Source of the DNA: a virus
Lineage: Duplodnaviria; Heunggongvirae; Uroviricota; Caudoviricetes
Length of the DNA: 64,000 nt
Reading direction: 5' to 3' (one strand)
IMG/VR virus record: IMGVR_UViG_3300012352_000310
Location: 1 to 64,000 of that record
The first letter of the stretch is position 1, and each line of letters starts with the position of its first letter. Shown in pieces: positions 6,520-15,381 of this stretch. The position numbers were made by a program, and so were the translations under genes. The notes beneath the pieces are model-generated. The model ran no database searches and was not told the origin of the DNA. It was given only the letters and a program-made list of their open reading frames with translations.

Positions 6520-7823
6520 TACTTGATGTCCTCAATTGAGTCGGCTAAGTCTTTGTCTTCTCGTACTTCAATGAAGATAGGAAGGAACAGAGACTCTTCG
6601 CCTTGTTTGTTCTTTATTCTCATATTATACTTCACCGAGACAATCTTGTTCATCAAAAGTGCAGGGTCTTGTTTACGTTGCTCGTCATTGAAGCCAGAAC
6701 CAACATTCACTTTCAAGATACCTTCACGAGACTGAACGCTAATTCCGCCAATCATTCCTTCGTACTTGCTGCCCGGTTCACCTTCATAAACACCAACAAC
6801 CAGCAGATCAGCTTCTTCTTCACCCTTGAACTTCACTTGCTTCTTAGAACGTTTGTCTTCCCAGATCGCACTTGCATCTTTGAGAATGATGCCTTCAAAG
6901 CCGTCTTCAAGATAGCTTTGGAATTGCTTCTCAGCTGCTTCGATACTAGCCACAATGATAGTCTCAACATAGCCAATCTTACCATTGCTTGTATTAGAGC
7001 AAGCAAGAAGCTTATTCCAACGATCAATGTAAGGAGTGTTGTCCACTCCGGCAAGGAATTTGTCATAGTCAATCATATCCCAGATTTGTGCACGTACCAT
7101 CTTAGCCAGATCTGGAGTGATAGTACCTTTATTAGCTTTGTTTAGAATACCGTTGCCAGTCTGACGATCAGCAATAGTACCATCTTCATTAGCAACGAGC
7201 AACTCACCATCAAACACTATGTTGTTGCCTGCAGCCATAGTAAGAAACTCTTGCTCTAGATTACCAAGCAACTGAATCTCTTTACCGTTACGTGATCGAA
7301 ACTCAACAGCTCCATTCTTAACGATAGCGTTGAAGCGCATGCCATCTTCTTTCTTCTGAACGATAGCAGGAAACTTGATCTTCTTAACTAGCTTCTCATC
7401 GAACGCAGAACACAACATGCAAGGATACTCATGAACTAGTCCTGGCCACACTTTGTTGAAAGTAGACTCAGAAGCTCCAACCTTAAGATCTTTACCAATG
7501 ATGCGTTCAATGACTTGAGCATCTTCAGCGGAGACAGACATCAGCAGATTCTGTAGATGAGCAATCCCAGCGTTGCCGGTCTTTTCGCGTGAAGATAGGA
7601 TGTCAAGGAGAGGCAATGCTTCTTGTAGTGTAATAGACTTATTGCCTGCAGTTACAGGTTGATACGCTGGAATCTTACGAATGTAAAATTGAGTGAACGG
7701 ATCATATGCAAGGAATACTACTCGTTTGAACAGTTCATTGCTAGCATGAGATTCAGCAATTGCTAACTTAGCATTACGACTAGAGTCAGAAGCAATCTGG
7801 TTTAGAATATCAAGAATCATCAT
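6519..7823 (-). CDS. ATP-dependent DNA ligase (T4 gp30-like)
   Basis: 434 aa; adenylation motif I K-E-DGMR (QKKEDGMRF), nucleotidyltransferase layout; early promoter upstream. Confidence 0.85.
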   Translation of the reverse strand: MMILDILNQIASDSSRNAKLAIAESHASNELFKRVVFLAYDPFTQFYIRKIPAYQPVTAGNKSITLQEALPLLDILSSREKTGNAGIAHLQNLLMSVSAEDAQVIERIIGKDLKVGASESTFNKVWPGLVHEYPCMLCSAFDEKLVKKIKFPAIVQKKEDGMRFNAIVKNGAVEFRSRNGKEIQLLGNLEQEFLTMAAGNNIVFDGELLVANEDGTIADRQTGNGILNKANKGTITPDLAKMVRAQIWDMIDYDKFLAGVDNTPYIDRWNKLLACSNTSNGKIGYVETIIVASIEAAEKQFQSYLEDGFEGIILKDASAIWEDKRSKKQVKFKGEEEADLLVVGVYEGEPGSKYEGMIGGISVQSREGILKVNVGSGFNDEQRKQDPALLMNKIVSVKYNMRIKNKQGEESLFLPIFIEVREDKDLADSIEDIK

Positions 7824-7855
7824 AAAATCCTTTTAGTGTTTGTTTCCTAGAGATA

Positions 7856-7887
7856 CATTATACATCAGTTGGCTTTTATTGTACACA
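7856..7887 (-). promoter_or_regulatory. early promoter module (ligase)
   Basis: CATTATACATCAGTTGGCTTTTATTGTACA. Confidence 0.6.
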
Positions 7888-7899
7888 GCTAAATGCAAC

Positions 7900-7931
7900 A
7901 AAAGAGCAAAAAAAAGAGGCCGAAGCCTCTT
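7900..7931 (-). terminator. rho-independent terminator
   Basis: hairpin AAGAGGC-CGAA-GCCTCTT followed on minus strand by U8 run. Confidence 0.7.
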
Positions 7932-8137
7932 TACTTTTTCATAATCTTCTCTATCAAGTCTCTAGCTTCACGCAGGTCTGACTGTGTAAGCAAAATTTGA
8001 TCTATGGTAGATTCAGCTTTGCTTAGTAGCCATTCAACATACGTCAATTCCTCGTCAGAGAGGGCGACCACCCACTCTTTGAACGCTTGAGGACTCTTGC
8101 GAAGAATTGACTTAAGAGTTTTTTCGTGGTCGTCCAC
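7931..8137 (-). CDS. hypothetical protein
   Basis: 68-aa minus ORF. Confidence 0.5.
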   Translation of the reverse strand: MDDHEKTLKSILRKSPQAFKEWVVALSDEELTYVEWLLSKAESTIDQILLTQSDLREARDLIEKIMKK

Positions 8138-8597
8138 GGCCGCGCTTTACGTGTTCAGCTAACTCTGCGTCAGCTGACAAAAATCCACCTGCGACTAATA
8201 GATCTGGAGTGATGTTCGGATACAACGTACCAAGAACCTGGTCTTTCACTGCACACATTAGTTTTGCTTCAGTTGGATGTAGACCTTCTAACATTTGAAT
8301 GAATAGAGACTCTCTACGCACTCGAGGAAGATCTCGTTCTTTTGTGAAGATGTATAGACGACGTAGCTCCATCATCAAGTTGCCTGGTGACATACCCATA
8401 GGCGCTGCGTCTTGTTTGAAAGGTGGTTCACCTTCTGGTAGATCAAACTTCTTTGACACAAGAAACGAATACTCAAAAATCATTTTAAGAGCAGCGTTGT
8501 CTTTGTATGTGACAAGCTTAGTTGGATCACTGTTGATATCTTCCAGAAGTTCTGGAATAAATTTACGGTTTGGCATTCCCATATTAAAAGTCCTCAA
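8112..8597 (-). CDS. hypothetical protein
   Basis: 161-aa minus ORF, overlaps neighbours by a few codons (operon). Confidence 0.55.
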   Translation of the reverse strand: MRTFNMGMPNRKFIPELLEDINSDPTKLVTYKDNAALKMIFEYSFLVSKKFDLPEGEPPFKQDAAPMGMSPGNLMMELRRLYIFTKERDLPRVRRESLFIQMLEGLHPTEAKLMCAVKDQVLGTLYPNITPDLLVAGGFLSADAELAEHVKRGRGRPRKNS

Positions 8598-9477
8598 GAT
8601 TATTTAGTAACTCACGGCAACGATGTTTGATCAGATAATTCATAATCTGCGTCTTATCACGCACCACTTTTGTATTTAGGTAAGTTTCGGTGCACTTGTC
8701 GTAGATGTCTTTAGGGATATGCTTGAAGTCGATTAGACGTTCATTACGATGCCAGTTACGACGCTCGTCATCATTGCGGCAAGCATCGAAGCCTTTTTCT
8801 TTGAATTCAGCGAGACGCTTTGCAGAGACAGGCTTTTGACGAACACCTTCTTGTAGGAAAATATCGTCAGGACTCAAGATAGAAGGAATACCATCATCAC
8901 CAGCTTTCACAATGTGCTCGATATGTCCATCAGTCATGTAGTTCTTTTCGAATGGAATCAGCTTCTTAGTCTTAGGAGACCATTGGCGAACGTTATCGAA
9001 ACGGTGAAGCTGCTTAAAGTCGTGGTCAGAAGAGATAATCAGAATTGGTTGCTTATCTTCAATGATGCCAACTTGTTGGAAGATGTTCTCTTGTGAAAAG
9101 TCACACAACACAGCGATGATGTCATCAGCTTCAGCTTTTTCTACACTCAGAACCTTATATGGAAAGTTCTGAGCGATGTCATCTTTGAGTTGAGTGATAG
9201 TATCGAAAATGAGTTTCCAAGGAAGATCAGATTCGTCACGAGCCTTTTTACGACCAGCTTTGTAGTACGGAAAGACGTCACGGCGCCAGTATTGACGCCC
9301 ATCACATGCGATAACAATGTCACCATACTCTTTGCCATACTTTTTCTTGTATGACTGCAACATGTTGAGAACTACGTGGCGAATCAGATTCACAACTTGT
9401 TCGTCACCACCACGCAGCTCGCGTTGAAAAGAAAGAATTGAGGCAAGAGCTGCCTGCGAATAGTCTACTAGAATCAA
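8584..9477 (-). CDS. rnh: RNase H / 5'-3' flap exonuclease (T4 rnh-like)
   Basis: 297 aa; N-terminus and acidic-residue pattern (FEN-1/T4 RnhA family). Confidence 0.75.
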   Translation of the reverse strand: MILVDYSQAALASILSFQRELRGGDEQVVNLIRHVVLNMLQSYKKKYGKEYGDIVIACDGRQYWRRDVFPYYKAGRKKARDESDLPWKLIFDTITQLKDDIAQNFPYKVLSVEKAEADDIIAVLCDFSQENIFQQVGIIEDKQPILIISSDHDFKQLHRFDNVRQWSPKTKKLIPFEKNYMTDGHIEHIVKAGDDGIPSILSPDDIFLQEGVRQKPVSAKRLAEFKEKGFDACRNDDERRNWHRNERLIDFKHIPKDIYDKCTETYLNTKVVRDKTQIMNYLIKHRCRELLNNLEDF

Positions 9478-9719
9478 ACTGTTTCTCCAAAATAGTGCAG
9501 CACTGCAGAAATGTGCTTAAGCATTTTTATATTATACACCAAGTCTTCAGATTTATGTTCAGGAATATCATCAAGTGCTTCAATCTCTTTGTTTTCTTGA
9601 GTCAAAGTCTTGTAGCAATCTTTCAGATTCAGAATAGTGATTCTATCTGCTGTATCGAAGTCAAGTTGTAAGCCGCGAGAATTAAACATAATCTTCTCCA
9701 TATAGATCAGAGACGTCAA
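9474..9719 (-). CDS. hypothetical protein
   Basis: 81-aa minus ORF. Confidence 0.45.
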   Translation of the reverse strand: MTSLIYMEKIMFNSRGLQLDFDTADRITILNLKDCYKTLTQENKEIEALDDIPEHKSEDLVYNIKMLKHISAVLHYFGETV

Positions 9720-10095
9720 ACTGAAAGCGATTCTTCATGCGCTCAAGAGTTTCTTCTGGCACACCATGAATGCTACCCCATTGACCTTGGCACAAAACGA
9801 TTTGTGGTACGATACCGAATTCTGCAGCCATGTAGAAGTACGGAAACAATTCGCGTCTAGTAGTGAAAGTGTTTGACACTATAACAGAAGTTCCAGAATC
9901 TAGAGACTTGCGAGTAGAATCTTGGCACCATTCATGAGCTTCGACAATATAGTTGATGTCGAATTTGTACACTCCGTCAGTGATGAAGTATTGATCAGCT
10001 TCATAATGATTGGAATTCATTACTGCTGCCAGTTTTTTAGAGAGTGTGCTCTTACCTGAGCCGGGAAGACCACGAACTAGAATCAGTTCAGACAT
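9682..10095 (-). CDS. P-loop NTPase, kinase-like
   Basis: 137 aa; Walker A GLPGSGKST. Confidence 0.6.
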   Translation of the reverse strand: MSELILVRGLPGSGKSTLSKKLAAVMNSNHYEADQYFITDGVYKFDINYIVEAHEWCQDSTRKSLDSGTSVIVSNTFTTRRELFPYFYMAAEFGIVPQIVLCQGQWGSIHGVPEETLERMKNRFQFDVSDLYGEDYV

Positions 10096-10103
10096 TTTAT
10101 TCC

Positions 10104-10844
10104 TTAAGCAACTTTTACGATGATACAGTTAGCGTTGATTCGACCATTCACTGCGCGAGGCTTGTTCTTGATACTGTTCATCGCTTGTTCGAAAGTCTTC
10201 TTGGTCATACCAACAAATTCTTTCACAGCTTCAGCGTGACGAACAGGCTTACTGAAAGAATCAGCAACCGAGTAACCGATGATAGTGGTACCTTTTACAG
10301 TAAGCTTAGAATCTTTCTCAGCTCGGTAGACTTGCATCAGATTGTACTTAGCGTTGAAGATACGAACTTCAGAAGCACCGACGATTTTTTCAGGACGCTC
10401 AGAAGTCAGCTGCAACTCAGGAATGTTCTTGAGATACTTAACTGCTTTAGCGACAACAGTAGCAGACTTTTGCTTAACAGTGCGAGTCTTGCTAATCTTT
10501 TTTGCAGAGACAGACTGTTGCATACAAGCATCGACAATAGCTTCGTATTGCTTCAACAGTTTTCGAATCTGGGGCTTAGTGAAGTTAGAGTAGCCTTCAA
10601 CCAGCTGCTCGTCTTCACCCTTCAGAACTTCTTTAAGTTCAGCAATCGTGGTTTCGTAGAAAGCAGGAATGAGCTTAGCTGCAGCAGCAGGAATCTCGTG
10701 GGCTTTGAGGTACACGTCAAACTTAGGCTGCTTTGCCTTGGTCACGAAGTCGTCGATCATGCCATTGAATTCGCCAGCAGTTTTACGAGCCAGAGCCAGA
10801 GTCTTGTCAGTCATTTCAGTTCCTTTTTCCATTTGATAGATCAA
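10104..10844 (-). CDS. hypothetical protein
   Basis: 246-aa minus ORF with early promoter and conserved leader upstream. Confidence 0.6.
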   Translation of the reverse strand: MIYQMEKGTEMTDKTLALARKTAGEFNGMIDDFVTKAKQPKFDVYLKAHEIPAAAAKLIPAFYETTIAELKEVLKGEDEQLVEGYSNFTKPQIRKLLKQYEAIVDACMQQSVSAKKISKTRTVKQKSATVVAKAVKYLKNIPELQLTSERPEKIVGASEVRIFNAKYNLMQVYRAEKDSKLTVKGTTIIGYSVADSFSKPVRHAEAVKEFVGMTKKTFEQAMNSIKNKPRAVNGRINANCIIVKVA

Positions 10845-10874
10845 TTATACAACACTTTTGATTTTCTGTACACA
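10843..10874 (-). promoter_or_regulatory. early promoter module
   Basis: AATTATACAACACTTTTGATTTTCTGTACA. Confidence 0.6.
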
Positions 10875-11003
10875 ACTTTGTGCATGAAAAGTGTATACTT
10901 TTTGATACAGTATGGAAAAATGGCTGAGAGACCCTAAGTCTTCAGCCATAGTTCTACCCATCTTGTCGGCTCGAGGGTCTCTGAGCCTCATCTGGTGCCT
11001 CGG

Positions 11004-11273
11004 TTACGCTGGATTTTGATTATCCACGATCGTAATATACAGAGATTCAAGTTCTTCAGTTTCTTGCTGAGTAACTTGGAAATTTTGTTTGTGATAAATG
11101 CGTGCCATTTTGTTAATATACTTCTTTGGCAATTGGAAGTTATCAGAAACGTCTTTAACAATATCTTTAATCAAATCACGTTCTGCTGCGACACGAGTCA
11201 TAGAATCAGAGATTTCTTGAAGAGCATCTTTGATTTTCTTACGATCTGCTGGAGAGCTAATAGTTTGAGTCAT
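11004..11273 (-). CDS. hypothetical protein
   Basis: 89-aa minus ORF. Confidence 0.5.
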   Translation of the reverse strand: MTQTISSPADRKKIKDALQEISDSMTRVAAERDLIKDIVKDVSDNFQLPKKYINKMARIYHKQNFQVTQQETEELESLYITIVDNQNPA

Positions 11274-11446
11274 TACTTATTCACCTTAACATTAGATTTG
11301 AAAACGCCCGACAGAATCAATACTGCGATCCAAGTTTCAATTGCATAGGGAATTGCAAGAACTGGAAACAAAGTATTGAGAGACCAAATCAGAAGAAGTG
11401 GGCCGATAACGATAATCGCAATAACAAGTGCGATCAAAAGAAATGC
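11274..11446 (-). CDS. small hydrophobic membrane protein
   Basis: my translation MQAFLLIALVIAIIVIGPLLLIWSL... (~57 aa, below ORF-track cutoff). Confidence 0.35.
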
Positions 11447-11454
11447 TTGCATGA

Positions 11455-11691
11455 TTATACCTTCAAAGTCGAGAAATTAAAAGAGCGCCAACCATTGGCT
11501 TCAACATCAAACACTCGAATATTATCAGTTGATTCAGTAACTACTTGAGTTTCGCCTTTTGGCTGATGCTCAGTAGGAATTATATTAGATGACCGTGTGC
11601 ATTTCATTACTCGATCAGTACCGTCCTTTTTGCTAAAAGTAACAGTAACTACGCCTGAAGCCAATTGGCTCATCAATTCAGTTTTATTCAT
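11455..11691 (-). CDS. hypothetical protein
   Basis: 78-aa minus ORF. Confidence 0.5.
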   Translation of the reverse strand: MNKTELMSQLASGVVTVTFSKKDGTDRVMKCTRSSNIIPTEHQPKGETQVVTESTDNIRVFDVEANGWRSFNFSTLKV

Positions 11692-11701
11692 TATAACTCC
11701 A

Positions 11702-11905
11702 TTATGTTTTAGTGATATTCACTTTGACTACTTTAATGCCTTCACCAGCGCATTCTTTTGCAGTGTCTTCATCTTCGAATACTGGACCAGAACCACGTTC
11801 AAAATCTTCTTCAAACATATACGCAACTTTTGGTCGAATTAGTTGAATGCTAATAGTATCAGATGCTGTTGTTTTAGATCGTAGCAATGCAGGCACTTGG
11901 CTCAT
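11702..11905 (-). CDS. hypothetical protein
   Basis: 67-aa minus ORF. Confidence 0.45.
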   Translation of the reverse strand: MSQVPALLRSKTTASDTISIQLIRPKVAYMFEEDFERGSGPVFEDEDTAKECAGEGIKVVKVNITKT

Positions 11906-12156
11906 CTCACTTCCTTAAATGTTGTTTCATTATAGCGCGTACTAGCGCTCCATTGTTTTCCGCAAACACTGCAAGATATTGCAGTAGTCGTAGTGTTTCC
12001 ATCAGGATTTAGATTATTACCATGCTTATCATAAACCGGAGCATAATACATAGCGGTGGTCATAGATCCATGATCTTGAAACCTACAATCTTGTTTACAG
12101 TCCGGATTCGGGTTCAACATTATCAGGTCTTTCTGGTCGTTCATGGCAATACTCAC
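11902..12156 (-). CDS. hypothetical Cys-rich protein
   Basis: 84-aa ORF with CxxC-type cysteines. Confidence 0.45.
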   Translation of the reverse strand: MSIAMNDQKDLIMLNPNPDCKQDCRFQDHGSMTTAMYYAPVYDKHGNNLNPDGNTTTTAISCSVCGKQWSASTRYNETTFKEVR

Positions 12157-12286
12157 ATTCAGTGTCGCTGCATTTTGGTTCTAACCAAATATTGCAATGT
12201 GCGCATAGATAAGCGTCATAGACATTATCGTACTGTCTTATGTTCCCACAAGACACACATTGAGTATTGCCGTGTGTTTCTCTCAT
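12095..12286 (-). CDS. hypothetical zinc-ribbon protein
   Basis: 63 aa with CVSC..CAHC..CEYC. Confidence 0.4.
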   Translation of the reverse strand: MRETHGNTQCVSCGNIRQYDNVYDAYLCAHCNIWLEPKCSDTECEYCHERPERPDNVEPESGL

Positions 12287-12669
12287 TACAGTGATTTGTA
12301 ACTAGATGCCATAGCAGTAAACTGCTGCTTCCAACCCCACTCATCGAGAACCAATTGATTGAAGATATGTTCTTCAACGTCAATCACGTCTTCTACAGAG
12401 AGTTCAAGCATACGGATTGCTCGAGTGTAGTTGTCTTCATAAGAAACTGGCTTTTGAGGCAAAGCTCGAATCTGACTGAGTTTAGCCAAATCACCAGACT
12501 TAGCGAGTTTTAGATTCTGCTGAGAAAGCTTGATTGCCGCAGCCTTATAATCTTCAACTGCATCAAGATATTCAATGACATGCTTCTTCTGGTTTTCTGT
12601 TACGATAGCAAGCAATTGCTTACGATCAATCTTTATCGAATTCATCACGTTCCTTTTAATGTTTAGCAT
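12286..12669 (-). CDS. hypothetical protein
   Basis: 127-aa minus ORF. Confidence 0.5.
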   Translation of the reverse strand: MLNIKRNVMNSIKIDRKQLLAIVTENQKKHVIEYLDAVEDYKAAAIKLSQQNLKLAKSGDLAKLSQIRALPQKPVSYEDNYTRAIRMLELSVEDVIDVEEHIFNQLVLDEWGWKQQFTAMASSYKSL

Positions 12670-12860
12670 TTATTGTTTCCGCATTTGCAATTGCGACCTT
12701 GATTACAGTCTTGTGTGCATCCACTTTCGAATTTATTCTCGGCCCAGCGTTTCATCTTTCGGCTAATAACACCGCCTAGGACTAAATTGTCAAAAGCAAA
12801 GAAGCAAATTGAGAACAACAGAAATATGAATAGACTGATCACGATAGTGAATGCAATCAT
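12663..12860 (-). CDS. small membrane protein with Cys-rich tail
   Basis: 65 aa; TM helix then CTQDCNQGRNCKCGNNKC. Confidence 0.4.
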   Translation of the reverse strand: MIAFTIVISLFIFLLFSICFFAFDNLVLGGVISRKMKRWAENKFESGCTQDCNQGRNCKCGNNKC

Positions 12861-12861
12861 A

Positions 12862-13662
12862 TTACTTACCTACGTTAACCATGCCTTTGAAGTCCATCGG
12901 CACAACAATAGTTTGAACTTTACCTGCAGCAATACCTTCAGCAATCTTCATTTGAGCTTGAGCATTCATGTATGCAATAGACTGTGTAGAGTTAGAAGAC
13001 AGTGCAGCCATACGTTCAGATTCTTTCTTAGCGATATCGACTTCAGTTTGCTTGATCTTCAGTTCGTTTTGAGCACGAACGTAGTCAGTAGCAGACTTCA
13101 AGATTTCAGCATTAGGGAGAATATTACGAACTTGCACAACAGTAAGTTGCAGAGCAGTTTCAAGCTTCTCAGACTTCAGTTGGCTTTCAACAGAGTCTTG
13201 AATTTCTTTCTCGATCTTTGCACGGTTATCAGCAACTTCAAGCGACTTATACTGACGAATGACTTTGTAGGAAGCGTTGTTTACAAGAGTCATCATGTAG
13301 TTATACATGAGAACCATGTCTCCGTCTTTCTCAAAACCGTGGAAAGACTTAGACTTCGTGGAATACAGTTCAGCAACAGAAGTTGGATTGATACTATAGA
13401 CGATAGTGATATCGAAGTCTGCCAGCGGAGTGTTATCGCTAGTCATAGGAGTTTTGTTTTCCAACGAGACACTGATGTCTTTAGTTGGGAAGGTCATCAC
13501 AGAACCAATCAGAGTTTGTGGAGTAGAACCCGGCATCAGTTCAGAACCTTGAACTTGCTTGAATGCGTCTACACGCACACCAACTTCACCGGTGCCGATT
13601 CGAGTACAGCCAGTTGCCAGAACAGCAGCGGCGAGAATAGAGAGAGTCAGAATACGCTTCAT
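12862..13662 (-). CDS. SPFH/band-7 (stomatin/prohibitin-like) lipoprotein
   Basis: 266 aa; lipobox LATGC signal; band-7 core followed by coiled coil. Confidence 0.7.
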   Translation of the reverse strand: MKRILTLSILAAAVLATGCTRIGTGEVGVRVDAFKQVQGSELMPGSTPQTLIGSVMTFPTKDISVSLENKTPMTSDNTPLADFDITIVYSINPTSVAELYSTKSKSFHGFEKDGDMVLMYNYMMTLVNNASYKVIRQYKSLEVADNRAKIEKEIQDSVESQLKSEKLETALQLTVVQVRNILPNAEILKSATDYVRAQNELKIKQTEVDIAKKESERMAALSSNSTQSIAYMNAQAQMKIAEGIAAGKVQTIVVPMDFKGMVNVGK

Positions 13663-13674
13663 GATGTAATTTCC

Positions 13675-13842
13675 TTAGAACAAAGTTACGATAACAAACA
13701 AAATACCAGTTGCGATGCTTGCATAGAATGCACCCTTCGCGAGGGCTTTCAGCACGAAAGTTTTTTCATCTCGGCCTGCTGAAGACCAAGCGCCGCTGAC
13801 TAGTGCAATCACAAGAGTCAGCATCACAAATACCATAATCAT
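13675..13842 (-). CDS. small two-TM membrane protein (partner of SPFH protein?)
   Basis: internal start MIMVFVMLTLVIALVSG... of the 101-aa ORF; ATGA overlap with upstream gene. Confidence 0.4.
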   Translation of the reverse strand: MIMVFVMLTLVIALVSGAWSSAGRDEKTFVLKALAKGAFYASIATGILFVIVTLF

Positions 13843-13843
13843 T

Positions 13844-14182
13844 TTAGCCACGGCGCATCCTTGAAATTTCGACAGCATCATCTTGCGAGAAGATGGGTAC
13901 TGCATTAGATTTATGAAGAGTTCCGATACCAAGCATAGCAGTGCCAGTGTACTTTGGCGTAGCTTTCTTAGAGCAGTCACTATAACCGCTATTCAGACTT
14001 GGAATCTTTGGGGTTTCACGAACGTAAGCTTTTGGCTGAGCAATAGCTTTGGCTGTAGTAGGTACAGCTTTCTTTGGTTCGTACTTTTTCATAAGCTGTT
14101 CCCATTCAGAAGCAAGAGCTCGTTGCTTTGCATCAGGCTTTCTGGGCTTTCGCTTAGGGGTGTGAGTATAAATTAGTGCCAT
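13844..14182 (-). CDS. hypothetical basic protein
   Basis: minus ORF; start chosen at ATG adjacent to early promoter 14188-14219. Confidence 0.4.
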   Translation of the reverse strand: MALIYTHTPKRKPRKPDAKQRALASEWEQLMKKYEPKKAVPTTAKAIAQPKAYVRETPKIPSLNSGYSDCSKKATPKYTGTAMLGIGTLHKSNAVPIFSQDDAVEISRMRRG

Positions 14183-14187
14183 GATGT

Positions 14188-14219
14188 AATTATACAACAA
14201 TTGCGATTTATTGTACACA
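14188..14219 (-). promoter_or_regulatory. early promoter module
   Basis: AATTATACAACAATTGCGATTTATTGTACA. Confidence 0.6.
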
Positions 14220-14414
14220 GTCTTTGTCAATGTACGCATCAAATGCGTTCTTAAGATTCTTGATCTCTTCAAGAGTCAAGAACATCTGGGTAATGCTGCG
14301 TTCGTCATTTCCACGACCGGTGTCTCGCTCAACACGAACTTCATGAAGGTCTGGTGGAACTGGACACTTACGAATAACGATTCGTGTGACGTCATTAAGA
14401 TTAAGCGTAGTCAT
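14208..14414 (-). CDS. hypothetical protein
   Basis: 68-aa minus ORF. Confidence 0.5.
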   Translation of the reverse strand: MTTLNLNDVTRIVIRKCPVPPDLHEVRVERDTGRGNDERSITQMFLTLEEIKNLKNAFDAYIDKDCVQ

Positions 14415-14550
14415 TCTTCGTCTTATGTTTAGGGTTACGTTGATAAGCTTTCTTCGACTTTACAACTTTTGCTCGATAAAGTCCAGAAGTAAACATGTCT
14501 TTTGCAACTAAGTTGCGCGGTTTCATTTTAGATCTCCTAGTTTGTAGATG

Positions 14551-14582
14551 AATTATACATCATTTAGGAATTATTGTACATA
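14551..14582 (-). promoter_or_regulatory. early promoter module
   Basis: AATTATACATCATTTAGGAATTATTGTACA. Confidence 0.55.
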
Positions 14583-14782
14583 TGTCCAGAGAAAAAGTTT
14601 TGGTGCTTGTCTTTACGAACTACAATCTGATTAGAACCAAGCCACTCTAACTTTCCAGTCTCGTACTCAACTCTAACAGAACCATCTTCTAGAAGATACA
14701 CTTGAGAAACTTGGCAACCTTCTTGATAAACAGAAGTCACTATAGTGTCTCCTGGTGAAATATTTGAAGCTTGAATCAACAT
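14564..14782 (-). CDS. hypothetical protein
   Basis: 72-aa minus ORF. Confidence 0.45.
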   Translation of the reverse strand: MLIQASNISPGDTIVTSVYQEGCQVSQVYLLEDGSVRVEYETGKLEWLGSNQIVVRKDKHQNFFSGHMYNNS

Positions 14783-15333
14783 TGTTTGTATCCTCTCTGA
14801 ATAAACTTTTCTTTACGGTAGACTTTCAAAACTGATGAGTTGTTAACAATCAACTTTTTATTTACACAAGCGTCGTACTGTTTTGGCGAAATATACAACT
14901 TATCTTCTGAAAGATCGTAGTGACACATAGTATGAACATAGTCAAATGTAGACTTAACTTGTTCTGGAGTACCATATTGCATAGTGATGAAAGAGCAGCC
15001 ATCTTTCATAGTGATAGCTTTGTTCGTAATCATCTTTCCATCAAGACCGTAGACTTCTCGATACTTCTCATCGATATCGGCAATCTTATCGTTGTATGAA
15101 TTTAGATTAACTGCTAGATCAGCCATAGGTTCTGGAAGCTTGAAATACAGATCCCAGTCTTTTGGTTCTTCATTCTGAAGTAAACTCGTGATAGCGCCAC
15201 CGGCTAAAAACATATAGTTGCAAACACGAGTGTTACAAGTTTTAATGTAATCTTCTCTTCGAAGCTTTATCATCTTTTCAGCAATGACTAACTTTACTCT
15301 ACGGATTCGTGATATCTGATGATCAGTAAACAT
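14776..15333 (-). CDS. hypothetical protein
   Basis: 185-aa minus ORF. Confidence 0.55.
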   Translation of the reverse strand: MFTDHQISRIRRVKLVIAEKMIKLRREDYIKTCNTRVCNYMFLAGGAITSLLQNEEPKDWDLYFKLPEPMADLAVNLNSYNDKIADIDEKYREVYGLDGKMITNKAITMKDGCSFITMQYGTPEQVKSTFDYVHTMCHYDLSEDKLYISPKQYDACVNKKLIVNNSSVLKVYRKEKFIQRGYKQC

Positions 15334-15381
15334 AATATATCCAGAAAGTTGAAAAGAGCGAGATTTCTCTCGCTCTGTACT

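Noticed and set aside
6603-7145. 180-aa plus-strand ORF inside ligase region
   Set aside because: Antisense to DNA ligase gene, whose conserved KxDG motif confirms the minus frame.
10044-10937. 297-aa plus-strand ORF
   Set aside because: Antisense shadow of minus gene 10104-10844, which has promoter, leader and RBS. Serine/leucine-rich composition.
12715-13782. 355-aa plus-strand ORF
   Set aside because: Antisense to the SPFH lipoprotein gene. No independent support.
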